Positions 9,383 to 17,985 of a stretch of DNA of 64,000 nt are shown one piece after another. The notes below the pieces were generated by a model, which was not told the origin of the DNA, searched no databases, and worked only from the letters and a program-made list of their open reading frames with translations. The translations under genes and the position numbers were made by a program. The stretch lies in contig OX638340.1 in the NCBI GenBank assembly GCA_951812955.1, positions 960,001 through 1,024,000 of the forward strand, given 5' to 3'. How positions within the stretch are numbered: position 1 is the first letter of the stretch; each line of letters opens with the position of its first letter. Origin of the DNA: an uncultured Gemmatimonadota bacterium. Its GTDB lineage: Bacteria; JAAXHH01.

Positions 9383-12082
9383 ATGCGTCTGAAACCCCTC
9401 GCCTTTTCCGTTCTCACCGTGATTTCCATATCCACGTTGACATTTGATACCGTGACGGCCCAGTCCGAAAGTGACGAACCCGCCCTGCCCGCAATGGAGG
9501 CGGCGGAGCGCACCGGGCACATCGAGATCGACGGAAGGCTGGATGAAGCGGCCTGGACGGCGGCCATTCCGGCTACACAGTTCGTCCAGCGGGAGCCGGT
9601 CGAAGGGGCCAATCCCGACAAGGCCACCGAAGTACGGGTGCTCTACGACGCCGACGCCATCTACATCGGCGCGCGGATGTTCGACGATCATCCGGAGCAT
9701 ATCGGCCGGCAACTCGTCCGGCGAGACGAGCGCGGCGCTTTCGACCTGTTCTCCGTTTCCATCGATCCGAACAACGACAGGCTTACCGGGTATCAGTTCC
9801 GCGTCAGTGCTGCAGGGGCGCAGCGGGACGCGTACCTGTATGACGACGTGCGGCAGGACGATGCGTGGGACGCCGTATGGGAATCGGGCGTGGTGATCGA
9901 CGAACTGGGCTGGGCCGCCGAGATGCGGATTCCCCTTTCCCAGATGCGATACGAGACGACGGACGGCGCCCAGTCCTGGGGCGTGAACTTCATGCGGCGG
10001 TGCCTTGCCACGAACGAGGTCATCGACTTCGCTCTCCAGTCCCGGCTGCGGTATGGGAGGGTGAGCGTCCTGGGCAGGCTGAACGGACTGGTCTTGCCGT
10101 CGGACGCCCGCCGCCTGGAGGTCAGGCCCTATACCCTCGGCAGCGCCCGGACCGCGCAGGCCGAACAGGGGAATCCCTTCTTCGACGGATCCGATTACAA
10201 TGCACGGGCGGGCCTTGACGTACGGTACGGCCTCGGTTCGTCCTACCACCTCGACATGACGATCAATCCCGACTTCGGGCAGGTGGAAGTAGATCCGGCC
10301 GTCGTAAATCTCTCGGCCTTTGAAACGTTTTTCCGGGAACAACGCCCCTTTTTCGTCGAGGATGCCCAGGTTTTCGAATTCGGCCTGTCGGGCCGGGACG
10401 AACTGTATTACAGCCGACGGATCGGGCGGCAACCCCGGGGCGGCACGCCGGACGACGCGGATTTCTCCGATATTCCCACGGAGACTAGCATTCTCGGCGC
10501 CGCCAAGATCACCGGCCGATCGCAGGGTGGCGTTTCCATCGGTGCCCTGGCCGCGGTTACGGGAAGGGAAACGGGGAAGGCCTATTCCCTGGTTGACAGG
10601 CGAACAGAGGAGTTCACGGTGGAACCCCGGGCGGGATTCAGTGTCTTCCGGATCCGCCGGGATTTCAGGAACGGCGCCAGCCAGTTCGGGGCAGTGGGCT
10701 CGCTAATGCACCGGGCCCTGCCCGATGACGGCGCCTTCGATTATCTCACATCGGGGGCCTTTACCGGAGGAGTGGACTTCGAACACAACTGGGGGGGAGC
10801 GAGAGAGAGAGACTGGGCAGTCTACGGGTACCTGGCGGGTAGCCGCGTCCAGGGAAGCACGGAAGCGCTGACCCGGCTGCAGCGGGCCAGCAACCACTAC
10901 TTCCAGCGTCCGGACGCCACGCGTTTCGCCGTGGATTCAACCGCCACGTCCATGAACGGGTACAATTGGCGGTTGCAGTTCGCCAGGCGAGACTCGCAGA
11001 ACTGGTCCGGAGCGGTCTGGTTCGCCCAGATTTCGCCCGGGTTCGAAGTCAACGACCTGGGATTCTCCCGATCGAACGAACGCCTCGACGGCGGCGCGCG
11101 GATCGAATACCAGAACATCACGCCGGGACGGTTCTTCCGCAACTATGAGTTCCGTTTCTTCACGTTCTACAACTTCCGGCACGAGGCCCTCGACGACCCG
11201 TGGTCCTGGTCGTCCTGGCGGAACAACTATAAGAACGGACGTTTCTTCGCGGGGGGCAATTTCGAACTCAACAACTACTGGGAGGTCTTTCTCGGCTCCA
11301 GTTACAGCCCCACCCAGTTCAGCGATACGCGGACCCGGGGCGGTCCGGTGATGGAGGATCCCGGATCCTATTCCTTCGATCTCGGCATCAGGTCGGACCG
11401 GAGGAAACGGATCTCCCTGGAGACGGAATTCGACTACGAGCGATTCCAGCGGGGTGGCCACGAGTTTGAAACGGAAATCGAAGCCACGATTCGTCCGTCT
11501 CCCAACTGGGAACTGGAACTTGCGCCAAATTTCAGCTGGGAGCGCAACGCCGCCCAGTACGTTACGCAGACCGACGCCCTGGCCTTCGAGCCCACCTACG
11601 GCAGCCGGTACGTGTTTTCGGACCTGCAGAGGCGGTCCTTTTCCCTCGAAACCCGTTTGAACGTGGCCTTTTCGCCCGATTTGACCCTGCAGCTGTACGC
11701 CCAGCCCCTGCTGTCCTCGGGCGATTACCTCAACTACAAGCAATTGCTCCGTGGCAACAGTTTCGATTTCGACGTGCTGGACGAGGGTACGCGGTCCTTC
11801 ATCGATCCGGTCGACGGTTACCGTTACCTGGACTTCAACGGGGACGGTATGCCCGATATCAATTTCTCGGACCGGGACTTCAACATCCAGTCTCTGCGCA
11901 TGAACATCGTGCTGCGCTGGGAATACCGGCCCGGTTCCCGGGTATTCCTCGTCTGGCAGCAGACCCGCAGCGAAAGGGACGAAAACGGGACGCTTGACAT
12001 CGGCAGAGACTTCGGCAACCTGTTCGGCGGGGAATCGGAGAACATCTTCATCGTCAAGTTCAACTACTGGTTCGGCGTGTGA
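9383..12082 (+). CDS. DUF5916 family outer-membrane protein with N-terminal CBM9-like domain
   Basis: Signal peptide, then IDGRLDEAAW...ATEVRVLYDADAIYIGARMFDD (CBM9-like), followed by a long beta-rich region. 899 aa. Confidence 0.65.
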   Translation: MRLKPLAFSVLTVISISTLTFDTVTAQSESDEPALPAMEAAERTGHIEIDGRLDEAAWTAAIPATQFVQREPVEGANPDKATEVRVLYDADAIYIGARMFDDHPEHIGRQLVRRDERGAFDLFSVSIDPNNDRLTGYQFRVSAAGAQRDAYLYDDVRQDDAWDAVWESGVVIDELGWAAEMRIPLSQMRYETTDGAQSWGVNFMRRCLATNEVIDFALQSRLRYGRVSVLGRLNGLVLPSDARRLEVRPYTLGSARTAQAEQGNPFFDGSDYNARAGLDVRYGLGSSYHLDMTINPDFGQVEVDPAVVNLSAFETFFREQRPFFVEDAQVFEFGLSGRDELYYSRRIGRQPRGGTPDDADFSDIPTETSILGAAKITGRSQGGVSIGALAAVTGRETGKAYSLVDRRTEEFTVEPRAGFSVFRIRRDFRNGASQFGAVGSLMHRALPDDGAFDYLTSGAFTGGVDFEHNWGGARERDWAVYGYLAGSRVQGSTEALTRLQRASNHYFQRPDATRFAVDSTATSMNGYNWRLQFARRDSQNWSGAVWFAQISPGFEVNDLGFSRSNERLDGGARIEYQNITPGRFFRNYEFRFFTFYNFRHEALDDPWSWSSWRNNYKNGRFFAGGNFELNNYWEVFLGSSYSPTQFSDTRTRGGPVMEDPGSYSFDLGIRSDRRKRISLETEFDYERFQRGGHEFETEIEATIRPSPNWELELAPNFSWERNAAQYVTQTDALAFEPTYGSRYVFSDLQRRSFSLETRLNVAFSPDLTLQLYAQPLLSSGDYLNYKQLLRGNSFDFDVLDEGTRSFIDPVDGYRYLDFNGDGMPDINFSDRDFNIQSLRMNIVLRWEYRPGSRVFLVWQQTRSERDENGTLDIGRDFGNLFGGESENIFIVKFNYWFGV

Positions 12083-12111
12083 CCGCGGGCGGGTTCGGCG
12101 TGTGACCGCGG
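12069..12111. repeat. 23-bp direct duplication (TTCGGCGTGTGACCGCGG...) spanning the stop codon of the DUF5916 gene
   Basis: Two copies 23 bp apart, read directly. The first copy contains the TGA stop. Confidence 0.8.
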
Positions 12112-12294
12112 CTGGACAGCCCCGCGCGGCCTCGATTGCGCCTTGACAGAAAAGGGCCGGGACGCCCATATTGAAATTGTAAAAGTATGCCGGCGCTTAG
12201 GGGTATCCGGTTCGATCCGGCCGGCCGGAATTTCTGTAAGGAAGTAACGGTCAAGTGGCAACGGGACACACCGCCGAAGGACATAGACCCTATC

Positions 12295-14535
12295 ATGAAA
12301 ATCATGAAACCGATTCTAAAATCCATTCTGTTGCTCATAACTATGTGCGCATTCGGCCTTGCGACCCGGTCCGTCCAGGGACAGGCGGTTCGCACCGATT
12401 ACATGGAAACGGAACTGGTCGTGGAGACGACGTCCATCAAGCCCGGGCAGCCTTTCTGGGCCGGCCTGCGGATGAAGATGGACGAGCACTGGCATACGTA
12501 TTGGCGCAACCCGGCCGATTCGGGTCTTCCTACCGAGATTGACTGGGCGCTTCCCGATGGTTTCCAGGCTGGAGAGATCAACTGGCCCTATCCCCAGAAG
12601 ATTGTGCTCGACATCCTGGCCAGCTACGGGTACGAGGGCGAGACGCTGCTGCTCGTGGAGATCACACCCCCGGCGGATCTGGAGACCGGCGGCACGGCCG
12701 ACATTGGGGCCTTCGCCTCCTGGCTGGTCTGCGCGGATATCTGCCTACCGGGAGAATCGGGATACCAGGTAACGCTCCCCGTAACCGATGAGGCGCCTCA
12801 GGCCGACGAAAGATGGACGGATCTGTTTACCCGCACCCGGGAGCAGCTTGCGGTCCCGGTACCGGGGTGGCAGGTCGAGGCCGTCATATCCGATTCCACC
12901 GTGGCGTTGCACGCGTCCACGCCCGAGTGGTACCGCGGATCGCTTACCCGCGTCGAATTCTATCCGTACAACGAAGACCTGATCGACTACGTATCGCCCC
13001 AGAGACTGGAGAAGACCGAAACCGGGTACCTGTTGACTATGCGCCGGTCGGGCTTCTACACTGGCAGGCCCGATGAAATCACGGGCGTGCTGGTATCCGC
13101 GGAAGGATGGCGCGGCGCCGGATCGGAGCGTGCCCTGGCCGTTGCCGCAGTCTACGCGGATGAGCTTCCGGCGGCGGTCGCCGCCATCGGACCGGCGGTT
13201 GCGGGTGAAACGGCGGGCGCCCTTGCGCCGGTCTCCGGCGATCTGGTTGCCGGCCTGTGGCAGGCCCTGCTTTTCGCCCTCATCGGCGGCCTGATTCTCA
13301 ACCTGATGCCCTGCGTGCTCCCCGTGCTGTCCATCAAGGTCCTCGGATTCATACACCAGGCGGGCGACGATCCTGCCAAGGCCCGGCGGCACGGATTGGT
13401 ATTTACCGCGGGCGTCCTGATTTCCTTTCTCGCGCTGGCGGCGGTGCTGATTGCCCTGCGTGCCGGGGGAGAACAATTGGGCTGGGGATTCCAGCTTCAG
13501 TCGCCGGCCTTTCTCGTCATCCTGTCGGTCATCATATTCGTGTTCGGCCTCAGTCTATTCGGCGTCTTCGAAATCGGTACGTCCCTTGTCGGCCTTGGCG
13601 GCAGGGCTGATTCGGGCAGCGGACTCGGTGGCTCCTTCATGAGCGGCGTCCTGGCCACGGTCGTGGCCACGCCGTGCACCGCGCCTTTCATGGGCGTGGC
13701 CCTGGGATACGCATTGACGCAATCGGCGGCGCAATCGCTGGCGATCTTCGGATTCCTGGGCCTGGGCATGGCCCTGCCCTACCTGACCCTGTCTTCCGTG
13801 CCCGCCCTGCTGAAATATGTACCAAAACCTGGCGCCTGGATGGAGTCGTTCAAGCAGTTCATGGGATTCCTGATGATGGCCACCGTGGTCTGGCTGCTCT
13901 GGGTGCTGAACCTTCAGACGGACCCAAACCTCGTCGCCCTCGTGATGGTCCTGCTGGTGATGGTGAGCCTGGGAAGCTGGATACTCGGCCGCTGGGGAGG
14001 GATCTCCGCCGGAAGCAGGACCCGGATCGCGGCCAGGTCCGTCGCAACGGTAATCGTTTTCGCGAGCCTCGCGGCGGTATTGAGCCAGGTACCCGCCCCG
14101 GCCAAGGCCGAGCGGGCCGCGATGACGCCGGTGAACAGCGCGGGGCTGGAGTGGCAACCCTTCTCCCGGCAACTTGTACAGGATCTGCGTGCAACGGGCA
14201 AACCGGTGTTCGTGGACTTCACCGCTGCCTGGTGCCTTAGTTGCCAGGTGAACAAGCGCGTAGCACTGAATGACAGCCGCGTGGTGGAACGGTTCGAGAC
14301 GCTGGGTGTGGCGACTGTCCAGGCCGACTGGACGTCACGGGACCCCGAGATCACGCGGGCACTCGCCGAATTCGGACGCAACAGCGTCCCGCTGTACGTG
14401 CTGTACTCGGGCGGACCCGATTCCGAACCGGCAATTCTACCGGAACTGCTCACGCCCGGTCTGGTGCTGGACGCCCTGAAGCAGGCCGAAACAGGTAGTG
14501 CCGCGAGCGGACGGACTGTCGGCATGATCGATTGA
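12295..14535 (+). CDS. dsbD: Thiol:disulfide interchange protein DsbD (protein-disulfide reductase)
   Basis: Signal peptide and periplasmic N-domain. Central CcdA-like core with LMPCVLPVL, then C-terminal thioredoxin domain with WCLSCQ. The track ORF starts upstream at 12187. ATG at 12295 gives MKIMKPIL... signal peptide. Confidence 0.8.
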   Translation: MKIMKPILKSILLLITMCAFGLATRSVQGQAVRTDYMETELVVETTSIKPGQPFWAGLRMKMDEHWHTYWRNPADSGLPTEIDWALPDGFQAGEINWPYPQKIVLDILASYGYEGETLLLVEITPPADLETGGTADIGAFASWLVCADICLPGESGYQVTLPVTDEAPQADERWTDLFTRTREQLAVPVPGWQVEAVISDSTVALHASTPEWYRGSLTRVEFYPYNEDLIDYVSPQRLEKTETGYLLTMRRSGFYTGRPDEITGVLVSAEGWRGAGSERALAVAAVYADELPAAVAAIGPAVAGETAGALAPVSGDLVAGLWQALLFALIGGLILNLMPCVLPVLSIKVLGFIHQAGDDPAKARRHGLVFTAGVLISFLALAAVLIALRAGGEQLGWGFQLQSPAFLVILSVIIFVFGLSLFGVFEIGTSLVGLGGRADSGSGLGGSFMSGVLATVVATPCTAPFMGVALGYALTQSAAQSLAIFGFLGLGMALPYLTLSSVPALLKYVPKPGAWMESFKQFMGFLMMATVVWLLWVLNLQTDPNLVALVMVLLVMVSLGSWILGRWGGISAGSRTRIAARSVATVIVFASLAAVLSQVPAPAKAERAAMTPVNSAGLEWQPFSRQLVQDLRATGKPVFVDFTAAWCLSCQVNKRVALNDSRVVERFETLGVATVQADWTSRDPEITRALAEFGRNSVPLYVLYSGGPDSEPAILPELLTPGLVLDALKQAETGSAASGRTVGMID

Positions 14536-14602
14536 CAGCGAAATTCAATCGACTTTTTTAACGCAGTTGTAGATTCTCTATCCAAAGCCAAGGAGGAAAT
14601 CC

Positions 14603-15229
14603 ATGAAGAAGATCCTGATACCGATAGCCGTGGTGGCCGTTGCCGCCGCCTATTTACTCGGCAACTACGGTACGCCGATGGCCGCAGGGGAAGCCCAGGT
14701 GGGCAACCCGGCGCCGGATTTCACGCTGATGGACACCAACGGCAACAACGTGGCGCTTTCGGATTACAGCGGCAAGTACATAGTCCTGGAGTGGATCAAC
14801 TACGACTGTCCCTTCGTGGCCAAGCACTACAACGCCAAGAATATGCAGAGTCTGCAGGACAAGTACCGCGAGCAGGGCGTGGTCTGGCTGGCCATCAACT
14901 CGTCCGCCGAGGGCAAGCAGGGCCAGTTCTCGAACGATGAAATCCACACGCGCCTGAAGAAGCACGCGTCGACCGTGGATGCCTACCTGCTCGATGGCAA
15001 TGGCGAGGTCGGCAGAAAGTACGGCGCCACCCATACGCCACACATGTACATCATCAACCCCGAAGGCACGCTGGTCTACATGGGCGCCATCGACAGCATC
15101 AACTCGGCGAACGTCGCGGATATCCCCAAGGCCGACAATTACGTCGTGATGGCCTTCGACGCGATTTTTGCCGGCAATGATGTGCCGGTCGGGATGACCC
15201 GGGCGTACGGCTGCACGGTGAAGTACTAG
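14603..15229 (+). CDS. Periplasmic thioredoxin-fold redoxin (single-Cys, peroxiredoxin-like)
   Basis: Signal peptide. PAPDFTL...GKYIVLEWINYDCPFV aligns to the Prx/Bcp peroxidatic-Cys region. AAGGAGGAAATCC RBS. Confidence 0.6.
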   Translation: MKKILIPIAVVAVAAAYLLGNYGTPMAAGEAQVGNPAPDFTLMDTNGNNVALSDYSGKYIVLEWINYDCPFVAKHYNAKNMQSLQDKYREQGVVWLAINSSAEGKQGQFSNDEIHTRLKKHASTVDAYLLDGNGEVGRKYGATHTPHMYIINPEGTLVYMGAIDSINSANVADIPKADNYVVMAFDAIFAGNDVPVGMTRAYGCTVKY

Positions 15230-15354
15230 AGGGATTGAGTCCGGGGGAGGCCACAACGCGCGCGCGAAGTGCTCCCCCGGACCGTTGCAGGATATGATCC
15301 GTATGGCCAAAGATTATGTAAGTATGCTGTACGACCTCGCACGCCCATAATCAC

Positions 15355-15374
15355 GTAAAACAATGATTGTTTAC
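15355..15374. promoter_or_regulatory. Near-perfect inverted repeat GTAAAACAAT-g-ATTGTTTAC (candidate operator) ~100 bp upstream of the small coiled-coil gene
   Basis: Read directly in an AT-rich intergenic stretch. Half-sites differ by a single base. Confidence 0.45.
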
Positions 15375-15469
15375 GAGATTATCCCGGTTTCTCCGACTAT
15401 ACATTTCAACATGCACTTCACTTCCGGTTTCGCCGCGGCGCAGGTATGTATGGTTGAGGGTCCTCGATT

Positions 15470-15790
15470 ATGGAACTCGCCCACCTGTTGTTAACGCCGG
15501 CCACGCTATTGACGGCCTTCATCTTCTTCTGGAATCAGGCAAAGACCGGAAGGGACGAACTCCGGCGGGAACTCAATACGGATATCGGGGAATTTAAAGA
15601 GGAATTGAAGGAGGAAATCATGGCCTTTCGCCGGGAAGTCGCCGCGGTCCGCGACGAAATGAAGGCCGAGATGAGGGAGGAAATCTCCCCCCTGCGGACG
15701 GAAGTGGCCGCCATCCGTACGGAAATGCACGACATGAATGGTCGCCTCGGACGTGTCGAAGGTCTGCTCAGAACGTCGGACGCCGGCTGA
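15470..15790 (+). CDS. Small membrane-anchored coiled-coil protein with internal duplication (unknown function)
   Basis: 106 aa. N-terminal hydrophobic helix (LLLTPATLLTAFIFFW), then a charged heptad-like region with a 16-aa internal repeat (EEIMAFRREVAAVRDEM / EEISPLRTEVAAIRTEM). Confidence 0.45.
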   Translation: MELAHLLLTPATLLTAFIFFWNQAKTGRDELRRELNTDIGEFKEELKEEIMAFRREVAAVRDEMKAEMREEISPLRTEVAAIRTEMHDMNGRLGRVEGLLRTSDAG

Positions 15791-15975
15791 TTTCATCGGA
15801 CGTCGGCTGATTTAAGCGGGCGGTCCGGGTAGTACGCGCGGTCCGGGCTGTCCAGGCGGTCCGTGTAAACCTCTCCTGCGGTTCGTTCGTCGTGCGCCAG
15901 TTTACCTTCCATCCTGCTCCTGTCAGACAGAACGTCCGCAATCATACGATTCTTCATCTGTCGTATACGTAGTCT

Positions 15976-16003
15976 TTGACTAAGTCCCTCCGTTTTCTAT
16001 ATT
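15976..16003 (+). promoter_or_regulatory. Sigma70-like promoter (TTGACT, 16 bp spacer, TATATT) upstream of the first tandem PhyH gene
   Basis: Hexamers read at 15976-15981 and 15998-16003. Confidence 0.4.
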
Positions 16004-16039
16004 CCTAAACAAGATATCTACTCATCCAGCAACGCCGGA

Positions 16040-16990
16040 ATGGGCTGTTTCCGTTTTGAGGCGACTGGATACCCGGTTTATTACGCAATGCGCCTGGAGA
16101 CCGCCATGGCCATGTTCGGCGACCCTGAAGCGTTCGTCATGATGAGCGAACGCGAGAAGTATCTCTACGATCTCCAGGGGTTCCTCGTGGTGCGCGACCT
16201 GCTTTCCACCGATGAGGTCCGGGCACTGAACGATGCCCTGGACGCCAATCCGGACCGGACCGCCGAACACGGACCGGGCGGCGCGCTGGACGGCACGCCA
16301 CTGGCCGGACCATATTCGCAATACATCCACTACGAGGGCATGCTGACCTGGGACCGGCCCTGGTGCCAGCCCTTCCGCGAACTCCTCGCCCACCCGAAGC
16401 TGATCCCCTATCTCAACACCATGATGGGACGAGGCTGGAAACTGGATCACAATATCGACGTGCTCACTTCGAAACCGGGCGCCCAGGGTACGCCCTTCCA
16501 TGGCAACAGCACGGGTACGTTCGCCGGTTCGACCTATTACACGTACGACGACGGCCGGATGCGCAGCGGCCTGATCGTCTGCCAGTTCTACCTGACCGAC
16601 GTGAATCCGGGAGATGGCGGGCTCACCGTGATTCCCGGCAGTCACAAGGCCAATTTTCCCATGCCGGGATACGTCCGCAATTACGAGGACCACCAGGAGA
16701 TCTTCCATCATATCGCCGTCAAGGCCGGCGACCTGGTCATCTTCAACGAGGCGACGACGCACGGTGCCTTGCCGTGGAAGGGAGTGGGCGAGCGCCGCTG
16801 CGTGCTCCACCGGTACATCCCGAAATACATGCACTACGATGGCGGAGTCTACGAAACGCGCATGCCCGAATGGACGCATGAGCTCACCGATGCCCAGCGG
16901 GCCGTGCTGGAACCACCGTACATCTACAACCGCCCCCTGATCGAGGACGACGGCGAATCGATCGCGCGTCCCCGCAGGGAAGGCATCTGA
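16040..16990 (+). CDS. PhyH-family Fe(II)/2OG dioxygenase (tandem paralog 1)
   Basis: 316 aa. Shares blocks with the next gene (KYLYDLQGF, MLTWDRPWC, GWKLDH, DVNPGDGGL, IPGSHKANF, LVIFNEATTHG). Confidence 0.75.
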   Translation: MGCFRFEATGYPVYYAMRLETAMAMFGDPEAFVMMSEREKYLYDLQGFLVVRDLLSTDEVRALNDALDANPDRTAEHGPGGALDGTPLAGPYSQYIHYEGMLTWDRPWCQPFRELLAHPKLIPYLNTMMGRGWKLDHNIDVLTSKPGAQGTPFHGNSTGTFAGSTYYTYDDGRMRSGLIVCQFYLTDVNPGDGGLTVIPGSHKANFPMPGYVRNYEDHQEIFHHIAVKAGDLVIFNEATTHGALPWKGVGERRCVLHRYIPKYMHYDGGVYETRMPEWTHELTDAQRAVLEPPYIYNRPLIEDDGESIARPRREGI

Positions 16991-17042
16991 ATCCAACCGG
17001 CACGGGAAGGCCCCGTTCTCCGGCTGCACGGGATCTAAACGC

Positions 17043-17975
17043 GTGTCCGGGCCTACTTCCGACTACCCCGCCGACTACTTGCTACATGCGAAAGTGCAGA
17101 CCGGTATGAACCCGACATCCGAATCCTTCGCCACCATGGCGCCCCATGAGCAGTACCTCTTCGATCTGCAGGGGTTTATCGTGGTGCGCAATGCCCTTGC
17201 GCCCGAACAGGTCGATGCCCTGAACGCGGCGCTGGACGCCAATCACGACAAACGTAAGGAAGACGTGGTCACCCAGACGAGCGAGGCGCTGAAGGGCAAG
17301 CAGTACCGCGGTCTCTACGACGGCATGCTGACGTGGGATCGGCCCTGGTGCCTGCCCTTTCGCGAAGTGCTTGCCAATCCGAAGATCATACCGTACCTGA
17401 ACACGCTGCTGGGCCGGGGGTGGAAGCTGGACCACGATCCGTTCATCTACACATCGAGCGTGGGGACCGAGGGCCTGAACCTCCACGGTTACGGACTGGC
17501 CGAGTTCAACGGTTCCCGGTTCTACCACTACCAGAACGGCGCCATGCGTTGCGGATTGATCAACTGCCAGTACCAGCTGAACGACGTGAACCCTGGCGAC
17601 GGCGGGCTGTGCGTCATCCCGGGCAGCCACAAGGCGAATTTCACCCTGCCCGGCGACATTTCCCGTTACGAAGCCCACCAGGAGATCGTCCGCCACGTGT
17701 CCATGAAAGCGGGCGACCTGGTCATCTTCAACGAGGCGACGACCCACGGGACGCTGCCCTGGAGGGGCGAAGGCGAACGTCGCTCTCTGTTCTACCGGTA
17801 TACCCCCAAGTACATGCATTACACCGGCGGCGTATACGAAACCGGCCTGCCGGAGTGGACGAGAGAGCTTACGGACGCCCAGCGCGCCGTGCTCGAACCG
17901 CCCTATGTCTATCAACGGCCGATGATCGACGACGACGGACAGACGCTGTCGACCCCGCGGCGCGAAGGAGAGTGA
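17043..17975 (+). CDS. PhyH-family Fe(II)/2OG dioxygenase (tandem paralog 2), GTG start (alternative ATG at 17106)
   Basis: 310 aa, ~60% identical blocks to 16040..16990. Confidence 0.7.
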   Translation: MSGPTSDYPADYLLHAKVQTGMNPTSESFATMAPHEQYLFDLQGFIVVRNALAPEQVDALNAALDANHDKRKEDVVTQTSEALKGKQYRGLYDGMLTWDRPWCLPFREVLANPKIIPYLNTLLGRGWKLDHDPFIYTSSVGTEGLNLHGYGLAEFNGSRFYHYQNGAMRCGLINCQYQLNDVNPGDGGLCVIPGSHKANFTLPGDISRYEAHQEIVRHVSMKAGDLVIFNEATTHGTLPWRGEGERRSLFYRYTPKYMHYTGGVYETGLPEWTRELTDAQRAVLEPPYVYQRPMIDDDGQTLSTPRREGE

Positions 17976-17985
17976 AGGAAGCCAA

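Noticed and set aside
12205-12240. GGTTCGATCC T-loop-like motif, suggesting a possible tRNA
   Set aside because: Flanking sequence cannot form a T-stem, acceptor stem or anticodon arm. It lies in the dsbD leader region.
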